Of a DNA stretch of 64,000 bases, positions 57,400-64,000 are shown piece after piece. The notes under the pieces are model-generated. The model was given only the letters and a program-made list of their open reading frames with translations, searched no databases and was not told the origin of the DNA. The DNA is taken from assembly GCA_040386275.1 (NCBI GenBank), contig JAZKFU010000008.1:108591-172590 (forward strand), read 5' to 3'. The position numbers were made by a program, and so were the translations under genes. Source of the stretch: Patescibacteria group bacterium (GTDB lineage: Bacteria > Patescibacteriota > Minisyncoccia > Phycocordibacterales > UBA918). Position 1 is the stretch's first letter. The number at the start of each line of letters is the position of its first letter.

Positions 57400-58842
57400 C
57401 TACGGGTTTTGTGTGAGTAGTTCTTCGTGAATTTCAATATCCGCTAGTTTTGTCGGGAAACTACGCTTCCAAAATGGCCGAACTTCGACTTCCCCCCTTT
57501 CAATACCGGTGTAATTCCCTAATACAACGTTAAAAGCAGTCTTTTCTTTACCTAAAAGTTCAGTTTTCATTTTTTCGCCATCAAAGGTCCAAACAATCTT
57601 TGGTACCCCAGCAATTTTAAAGTCCAGTTGTGTTTCATTGGCAATATTTGACTGGCTGGTAGTGGCGTTTACGTACGTAAAGGTAAGGTTTTCAAGGTTA
57701 TCAATTCGGACTGGCTCATTGTCGTACCCCACAATAGTTTCTTTGGCGATAAACTGCGCAAATTCTTCCTTTTGGAAGAGTGGGATTTGGAGGACGGCCT
57801 GTTCTTTAATGGTCACTAAATCATCTCCATATTGGGTTGGTGGTAGTGGGTTGTAGGTGATGGCAATGGCGGATTCAAAGTTAGTAAAGTCAGCGGGAGC
57901 TTGGGTTTTGATTTTTTCAAGGAGTTTATTACGGAGTTCTAGTTGGAGTGATTGTCGTGCTGTACTGAGTTCATCGTCATTGATAATAAACTTTGGTCCA
58001 TCAAACCCATCCACAAAAGCGGCTGTGTTCTTGGCAGAAATAGCATTATATAAATCAGTATATCCACCTTCTTTAAAACCAGGGACAGTTAACGCAGTAT
58101 TTGGTTGAAGGTTGTGTTTGTCTCCAGCTACATCAGCAAAAACTTGGGCGCGAATAACGCCGGGTTTGTTTTCTCCGTCAGTTCCCTTAACGGCTCCGGG
58201 TACAACGACTGATTCTTGGATTCTGAATACCAAGCCGTCAGCGGTAGCAAACCGGGTATTTTTAATCAAACGTTCAGCGCCAGGGGTTGATTTAGAAATT
58301 TCAATTTCACCGGTGGCTTGTTTAGTGACCGTTTCTTGACCGGTTGCTTTTACCTGTCGTTCTCCACTGTCTTCGAGGGTCATAATTTCATACGATAGTT
58401 CGCCAGGGCGCTTTTCACTGTAGGCAGAAAATTCGGCGTTAACGTTGAGTTCCCGTACTTTGGGATAAATAGTGATATCAGCTCCTCCCGTGAGGGCGCT
58501 AATCCCTAGTCCTCCGATTAATACCAGGCCAGCGAGGGTGAGGCCGATGTAGAGATTGTTTCGATTTCGTTTACTCCCGTTTACAACCGGAATGATACCA
58601 TCGTCTTCTTCTTCAGATTCGAGACGATCATCGTGCTCTCGTTCTCGTTCGCGATCCATACTCCCATTATGGGTATGGTGCTCGTGGGCAGTATGAGAAA
58701 AGGATGGTTCAGCAGACTGTGGTTGGGGTCGTACCAGCCGTCCTTCGTTCATAGAGGGACGAGCAGCATCTCCTTCAATAGGACGTCTCGGTTGGCGAGG
58801 TTGGGCAGGTCGGATATCCTGCAGGTTCCATTTTTGTGACAT
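57400..58842 (-). CDS. hypothetical membrane-anchored protein with disordered His/Arg/Glu-rich N-terminus
   Basis: 480 aa; single TM helix (LYIGLTLAGLVLIGGLGISAL) after a low-complexity N-terminus. Confidence 0.4.
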   Translation of the reverse strand: MSQKWNLQDIRPAQPRQPRRPIEGDAARPSMNEGRLVRPQPQSAEPSFSHTAHEHHTHNGSMDREREREHDDRLESEEEDDGIIPVVNGSKRNRNNLYIGLTLAGLVLIGGLGISALTGGADITIYPKVRELNVNAEFSAYSEKRPGELSYEIMTLEDSGERQVKATGQETVTKQATGEIEISKSTPGAERLIKNTRFATADGLVFRIQESVVVPGAVKGTDGENKPGVIRAQVFADVAGDKHNLQPNTALTVPGFKEGGYTDLYNAISAKNTAAFVDGFDGPKFIINDDELSTARQSLQLELRNKLLEKIKTQAPADFTNFESAIAITYNPLPPTQYGDDLVTIKEQAVLQIPLFQKEEFAQFIAKETIVGYDNEPVRIDNLENLTFTYVNATTSQSNIANETQLDFKIAGVPKIVWTFDGEKMKTELLGKEKTAFNVVLGNYTGIERGEVEVRPFWKRSFPTKLADIEIHEELLTQNP

Positions 58843-58865
58843 ATAACTATTGTACAGTATAACGC

Positions 58866-60116
58866 TTAAAGTTGTATAAAATCATTGCAGTGATGCTGTT
58901 TGTGGAAAAACTGCGCCGCCACTAACATAGCCGTATCGTCGGTTACAGTTAAAAGAGCCTTTTTTTCTTCGGCATTGTAGTGGTTGGTCAGCAATTCACT
59001 TGTTACTTTGTGTACGGTATGGATAGAACCAGTAGCTTTTTTAGCCGCTTCAGTGAGCTGGACACTAAAAAAGTTTTCGGTTTGGTTGTCACCATGCATA
59101 AAAAGCGTTTTGGGAATTGATAAGGTATCCCCCGTTTCTCGGAATAGATTTGCGAGGTTATTTTGGTACTCATCAAAAACCACCTCTACCTCAGCTCTCT
59201 TGTCTGGTGATATAGATTCCATGGCATGGGAAAAATATGGTTCTTTTAGGAACGCGTAGGCTTCAGCCAGGGGAATATTTAATATTGTTGAAATGGTACG
59301 AGCCAGCGTACTGATACCAATCGGCGTATGGGTGCAATAGCGCAAGATACCTCCCCGGACCACGCCAATTTCAGTGGCTTCGTAGGTAACATCCACCAAA
59401 CAGTATTCACTTAATTGGTTGTTAAATTCACGAATAATGCAATGAAACATCAGCATAAACGAGAACTGTTCAAGGGATGCTTGTTTAAAAACCTTTGTTT
59501 TAATGTCTCGTACTGCGTCTGTTAAATAGGTCTGGGCGACGGCACTGACTTGGGTAAGTGTGACTGAAGACGCTCGTTTACCTTTGGGGTTTTCGATTTT
59601 ATAGTCATTGGCTTGGATGTCAGTGGTGGCCCGCGTCATAATAGCGAGACCTAAATCAGAGGCGAGCTCATTTTCTTTGAGTTCTTCGGTGATTTTCTTT
59701 TGGGCGGCTTGGGTTAGGCTTTGCAGTAACGCTTCAGTGATTTCAAACGGGGTTTCTTTTTCGTACCCAATGACTTTGGTAATAGTGTATGACCACGGGG
59801 CGGTCATGGATACTTGGATGTGGGTAATTTTACTGCGAGGATAGGCAACGCGAAGGAGTTTGGTCCCATCATTTTCTAACAACAAAATAGCGTTAATGAG
59901 TGCAGTTATAACAGATTTGGCATTCACTACCGTGTCACTTTCTGCACGCTTCACAGCGTACTCACGTTTGGACCATATAATCTCAGGACTCTTTTTGGCG
60001 CTGTCTGACTTTATAATAGAAGCCATTACACTACCCGAGCCAATTTCTATAACCGCACCAAAACGAATAGTAGATTCTGATTGCGAAAAGAGCGACATAT
60101 AATTAAAGTATATCAA
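58866..60116 (-). CDS. hypothetical ASKHA (actin-like ATPase) fold protein, possibly Ppx/GppA- or FtsA/PilM-like
   Basis: GAVIEIGSGSVMASII resembles the phosphate-1 motif of actin-like ATPases; weak. Confidence 0.35.
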   Translation of the reverse strand: MIYFNYMSLFSQSESTIRFGAVIEIGSGSVMASIIKSDSAKKSPEIIWSKREYAVKRAESDTVVNAKSVITALINAILLLENDGTKLLRVAYPRSKITHIQVSMTAPWSYTITKVIGYEKETPFEITEALLQSLTQAAQKKITEELKENELASDLGLAIMTRATTDIQANDYKIENPKGKRASSVTLTQVSAVAQTYLTDAVRDIKTKVFKQASLEQFSFMLMFHCIIREFNNQLSEYCLVDVTYEATEIGVVRGGILRYCTHTPIGISTLARTISTILNIPLAEAYAFLKEPYFSHAMESISPDKRAEVEVVFDEYQNNLANLFRETGDTLSIPKTLFMHGDNQTENFFSVQLTEAAKKATGSIHTVHKVTSELLTNHYNAEEKKALLTVTDDTAMLVAAQFFHKQHHCNDFIQL

Positions 60117-60228
60117 TTAATTTTGTATTCGTTTCCATTTCTCCACTTTAAGGATATTGAATATGGAAAATGGAAGATTCTAGAATATTGAAAATGGAAT
60201 ATTGAAAATTGAAGATACGTACAACAAA

Positions 60229-60254
60229 ACCGAAACGTTTTGCGTTTCGGTTTT
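60229..60254 (-). terminator. Rho-independent terminator downstream of alaS
   Basis: CCGAAACG-TTTTG-CGTTTCGG hairpin flanked by A-run and T-run; similar in sequence to the tRNA-Ser terminator. Confidence 0.55.
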
Positions 60255-60297
60255 GTATATTTTCTATTTTACTATTCAATATTCCCTATCCTCCGCT

Positions 60298-62244
60298 CTA
60301 TTCTAAAATTGCTTTGATACGTCGCACGCCAGCTGAAGATGATTCCTCTTTAGTGATTTTGAATACTCCACCAACGTCTTCTAGCTTTTCTACGTGTGGT
60401 CCACCACAGAGTTCGCGCGACACTATTACGCCGTCGGTGGTTGTCATGGTGTACACCTTTACTTCATCCGGATATCGGTCCCAGAAACTCGCTTCAATGG
60501 TCGGGTCTGCTTCGGCATCGGTTTTTTTCATCATATCGATGGTGACCACACCCCCGAGCCCAATTGCGTCGTTTACAAATTTCTCCACGGCAGTTATTTG
60601 TTCAGGTGTCATTTTGTCACCATGAGTAAAGTCATACCGTAGTCGTTCACCGGTAATGTTAGAGCCCGCTTGGTGCACGTGAGTACCAAGAATTTGTCGT
60701 AACCCCGCAAGCATAAGGTGAGTGGCGGTGTGAAGTTTTACCACTTGTTCTGAACTATCAGCCAGTCCCCCTTTGAATTTTTGTTCGGCCCCAGCTCGTG
60801 AGAGGTTGCGGTGTTCTTCCATCAGGGTATCAAAACCAGCCCGTTCAACAATTAGACCTTTTTCGGTAGCAATTTCTTCGGTGAGTTCAATTGGGAATCC
60901 GTAGGTAGTGTAGAGTTCAAAGGCGTTTTTGCCTGAGATAGCTTGTTTGGTTGTTGGTGCTACTGATTTATCAATAACGCGTTTCCCATCAACTTCTTTA
61001 CTCACCATGTGTACCTGGAGAGTAATTTTATTAAATTGCTTGAGTCCACTTTCGAGCGACTTTCTAAATTGTTCTTCCTCTTTACTGATAGCGTCAATAA
61101 TCATCGCTTGATTAGAAGCGAGGTTAGTGTAGTGATCTTTGTAGGTTGCAATCACACTTTCTGATAGTTGTGCAAAGGTGCCGGCTGGAATTTGTAACTG
61201 ATCAGCAAAGCGCACGGCGCGACGTAGTAAACGGCGCACAAAATAGCCTTGATCAGCATTTCCCGGGAATACTCCATCACCAATCAAAAACACTGCTCCA
61301 CGAATGTGGTCGGTAATTACCCGAAAGGCCACGAGATTATCCTCGTATTTTTTGCCTGAGAGCGTTTCGATTTGTTTGATTACTGTGGCGAGCAAATCAA
61401 CCGTAAATACATCGGGGTCACCGTTTTTAGCTGCGGCAATGCGTTCTAGCCCCCCACCAAAGTCTACGTTACGTTGTGGAAGTTTGGTAAACGAACCATC
61501 CTCTTGTTTGATGTATTCAATAAACACTGAGTTACCAATTTCAAGAAATTGCCCCGAATCACTATTTGGGTGCGGTTGCTGTTTGCCGAAAATCGGGTGC
61601 GTGGCGTGTTCAGCTCCAAAGTCGTAAAAGATTTCACTATCAGGACCCCCAATTTCACCTGCAGGCATGTTGGCTGGTTTGCCTGAACGGCTCCACCAGT
61701 TTTTGGCTGCGTCGTAATAGAAAATGCGTCCACCTTGCATCCCCACTTCGTACCCATTTTCTTCGGTACCAATAAACACGTCTTTGGCTTCGATTCCCCG
61801 TTCAGCAAATAGTTCTTTCCAGATTGCTACTGCTTCATCATCACGCGGAATTCCCAAACTCTCGTCTCCGGCAAAGACCGACACGTAGATGTGTTGCGGG
61901 TCGAGTCCAATTTCATCAACCAGGTAGGTAAAGAAGAAACGGAGTTGTTCTTTTTTAAAGTAGTCACCCAAGGACCAGTTTCCCAACATTTCAAAGAAGG
62001 TGGTGTGACGGTTGTCCCCCACTTCTTCGATGTCGTTGGCGCGGAAACATTTTTGTGAGTCAGCGAGACGAACCCCAAGCGGGTGCTTTTCACCCATAAG
62101 GTACGGAATCAATGGTTGCATCCCACTACCGGTAAAGAGCGTGGTGGGGTCGTTTTCAGGAACCAAGGCAGCAGATGGCACCACGGCGTGGCCGTTTGTA
62201 CGCATAAACTCCAAAAACTTACTCCGAATTTCGTTACCTGACAT
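60298..62244 (-). CDS. alaS: alanine--tRNA ligase (short form, 648 aa)
   Basis: N-terminal class II AlaRS catalytic core (FLEFMRTNGHAVVPSAALVPENDPTTLFTGSGMQP), editing-domain HxxxH-like segment (HTATHLMLAGL); lacks the long C-terminal extension of ~875-aa AlaRS. Confidence 0.85.
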   Translation of the reverse strand: MSGNEIRSKFLEFMRTNGHAVVPSAALVPENDPTTLFTGSGMQPLIPYLMGEKHPLGVRLADSQKCFRANDIEEVGDNRHTTFFEMLGNWSLGDYFKKEQLRFFFTYLVDEIGLDPQHIYVSVFAGDESLGIPRDDEAVAIWKELFAERGIEAKDVFIGTEENGYEVGMQGGRIFYYDAAKNWWSRSGKPANMPAGEIGGPDSEIFYDFGAEHATHPIFGKQQPHPNSDSGQFLEIGNSVFIEYIKQEDGSFTKLPQRNVDFGGGLERIAAAKNGDPDVFTVDLLATVIKQIETLSGKKYEDNLVAFRVITDHIRGAVFLIGDGVFPGNADQGYFVRRLLRRAVRFADQLQIPAGTFAQLSESVIATYKDHYTNLASNQAMIIDAISKEEEQFRKSLESGLKQFNKITLQVHMVSKEVDGKRVIDKSVAPTTKQAISGKNAFELYTTYGFPIELTEEIATEKGLIVERAGFDTLMEEHRNLSRAGAEQKFKGGLADSSEQVVKLHTATHLMLAGLRQILGTHVHQAGSNITGERLRYDFTHGDKMTPEQITAVEKFVNDAIGLGGVVTIDMMKKTDAEADPTIEASFWDRYPDEVKVYTMTTTDGVIVSRELCGGPHVEKLEDVGGVFKITKEESSSAGVRRIKAILE

Positions 62245-62301
62245 AGTTAATTCCTATTAAATAATATTTTTTACTATAGCAAATTATTTTGATTTTGCTA
62301 C

Positions 62302-64000
62302 TTATTTCCCTATTTTCTTGGAGAGTTTGGCAAACTCAGCTACGTTGCGTTCGATACTCCCTAAACTGGCTTCAAAGGTTTCAATCTTGCGGGCATTAAT
62401 ACCAATCGATGAGAAAATGTTTTCTACCGTGTCTTTACTCCCACTGCACAGGAACTTATCAATTTGCTCAACGTATGACGTGTCAGCTCGGTATTGTTCG
62501 GCCATGAGGTTACTCATCAGTAACCCGTAGGCATACGTGTAGACATAAAACATTGATCTAAAGTGACTAATGTATACAAATGAGTATCCATCATCGTCGA
62601 CAACATCAATTCCCTTGCCCAGGTGAGCACGAAGTTGTTTGGCAAACAGGGCAGCTAATTCTTCTTTGCTCGCTGCACCTTGGGTACGGATGAGATTGTG
62701 CATCTCGCGTTCAAAGTTAAAGAAGGCGATTTGTCGTTGAATGGTTGAAATATCACGCGTTAACCGGTCATGCATGAGTGTAAATTTGGTAGCATCATCA
62801 GATTGTCGATACACCGCGTCAAAAACGAGATTTTCAAATAACGTACTAGCGGTTTCAGCGGTGGTTGTAGAATAGTCCTGGTAACGTGCTGGTTGGTGGC
62901 CTTTACTGCGGTAGCTATGCAAGGCATGTCCCATTTCGTGGGCGAGGGTTTCGAGTGATTTAAAGGTATCTACTTGATTAAGAAAGACAAAAATCGGAAT
63001 GTTGGTATCGCTCGACATAAACGCTCCGCCGCTGCGCCCTTTTTTTGGATAGACATCAATTCGTCCCGTTTCTAACATGTCATCAAAAAATTCACCGTAC
63101 TCGTTTTTGACGCTATAAAATACATCTCGACAGATATCGGTTGCTTCTTTATACGGAATTTTTATCTCTGTTCCGAGCGCGTCATACTTTGACGCGTACG
63201 GCAGGCTCGTGACGCCGTGCGCTTTGGCTTTTAGTTCGTAAAATTTCCGACTCAAGGCAAACCCTTTGGTGCTAATTGATTCCACGAGTGCTTCAACACT
63301 GGTTAAATCGTTTTCGTAACTTTGCACTTTAGCTTCGTACGGAACTTTGTACCCGCGTAACTCATCATTGATTTTTTTATCAATCACAATGGCGTTTAAT
63401 TCGTTTTCTGCAATTTCAGACAACGCCTTAAGTTCAGTACGAATCACGTTCCATAGCTTTGGTCGTTCGATGGGTGCAATCGCTGAAACGTTTTCAATCG
63501 CTTCAACCAAAGGCATTTTCTTTTTCTTGTATTCAATCTCCCGTTTGTTGATAATTTTTTCGGTGCCGGCTATCCATAAACTGCGTGACGGGTTTGATTT
63601 TAGCGCCATGATTTTTTCCTCGGCTTCAGTGAGGTTGTGTTTGGCGGTGGCAAACGATTGGGATAGCAAATAATGGTACGGTGCGAGGGTTGGATTTTTC
63701 AAATATTCCTTTTGGAGTTTGGCGGGAATTTTAGCGATGGCGAGTCCAAAGAAGATAGCCAAGTTACCAATTTTTGTTAAGCGATCACTGATTAAGTTGA
63801 TTTGTTGCTCAGCTACTTTGTCATTAGAATCAAGCGTTTGGCGATACCAAAAATACAGAATCGGTTTACTAGCGGGAATCTCAATCAGTGCATCTTGAGC
63901 TTTTAAAGCAGCTAGTAGTTTAACGGGCGTACTAATAAAGTCCTTGCCGGCAAACTTTTTAGCAAACTGCGTATAGGCAGCTTCAATAGCCAGAATATCT
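62302..64000 (-). CDS. pepF: oligoendopeptidase F (M3B family), 5' partial at window edge
   Basis: HEMGHALHS zinc-binding HExxH; in-frame coding continues upstream of the track start (TTG at 63762) to the window end. Confidence 0.8.
   Translation of the reverse strand, partial: DILAIEAAYTQFAKKFAGKDFISTPVKLLAALKAQDALIEIPASKPILYFWYRQTLDSNDKVAEQQINLISDRLTKIGNLAIFFGLAIAKIPAKLQKEYLKNPTLAPYHYLLSQSFATAKHNLTEAEEKIMALKSNPSRSLWIAGTEKIINKREIEYKKKKMPLVEAIENVSAIAPIERPKLWNVIRTELKALSEIAENELNAIVIDKKINDELRGYKVPYEAKVQSYENDLTSVEALVESISTKGFALSRKFYELKAKAHGVTSLPYASKYDALGTEIKIPYKEATDICRDVFYSVKNEYGEFFDDMLETGRIDVYPKKGRSGGAFMSSDTNIPIFVFLNQVDTFKSLETLAHEMGHALHSYRSKGHQPARYQDYSTTTAETASTLFENLVFDAVYRQSDDATKFTLMHDRLTRDISTIQRQIAFFNFEREMHNLIRTQGAASKEELAALFAKQLRAHLGKGIDVVDDDGYSFVYISHFRSMFYVYTYAYGLLMSNLMAEQYRADTSYVEQIDKFLCSGSKDTVENIFSSIGINARKIETFEASLGSIERNVAEFAKLSKKIGK

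Noticed and set aside
1-64000. CRISPR arrays, rRNA genes, reverse transcriptase or DGR repeats
   Set aside because: No regularly spaced direct repeats, no rRNA-like GC-rich conserved blocks, and no RT (YxDD) ORF seen anywhere in the window

Overview
This 64 kb window reads like a low-GC (about 40-45% GC by eye) reduced-genome bacterium; the gene content and many small hypothetical membrane proteins suggest a Patescibacteria/CPR-like organism, but that is inference only. Genes are densely packed with short intergenic spacers, many of which carry perfect hairpin terminators.

Core housekeeping genes dominate:
- htpX, typA/bipA, an RsuA/RluB-type pseudouridine synthase, and an ECF sigma factor with a putative anti-sigma partner.
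- A long minus-strand block: M23 peptidase, gltX, murG, ftsW, mraY, a D-Ala-D-Ala carboxypeptidase, scpB, scpA, an HD hydrolase, pepA, an Asp/Asn-tRNA ligase preceded by a T-box leader, and trpS.
- dnaJ-dnaK-grpE, and a ribosomal/RNA polymerase cluster (rpsI, rplM, rplQ, rpoA, rpsD, rpsK, rpsM, rpmJ, infA), followed by alaS and oligoendopeptidase F.
- One tRNA-Ser(GGA) on the minus strand; no rRNA or CRISPR array was seen.

Accessory or unusual content:
1. A tyrosine integrase next to a 700 bp non-coding AT-rich stretch and three small genes, with EVE and ASCH (PUA-like) domain proteins nearby.
2. Two sharply GC-rich islands (about 65% GC). One is a roughly 312 bp non-coding insert flanked by 8 bp direct repeats that splits scpA from scpB. 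The other is a DUF1399-like Cys-tailed protein gene with its own GC-rich terminator.
3. A HemN-like radical SAM enzyme flanked by two short peptide ORFs missing from the ORF track (44 aa leaderless and 54 aa), plus the GC-rich gene, a GNAT and an alpha/beta hydrolase. This is my best candidate for an undescribed peptide-modification-like locus.
4. Two tandem paralogous 7TM-type histidine kinases with no response regulator in the window, a SET-domain protein, a SAM decarboxylase (speH) sharing a duplicated leaderless-type promoter with the neighbouring membrane-protein gene, and several notable inverted-repeat structures.

All calls come from reading the sequence and motif recall; no database search was run.
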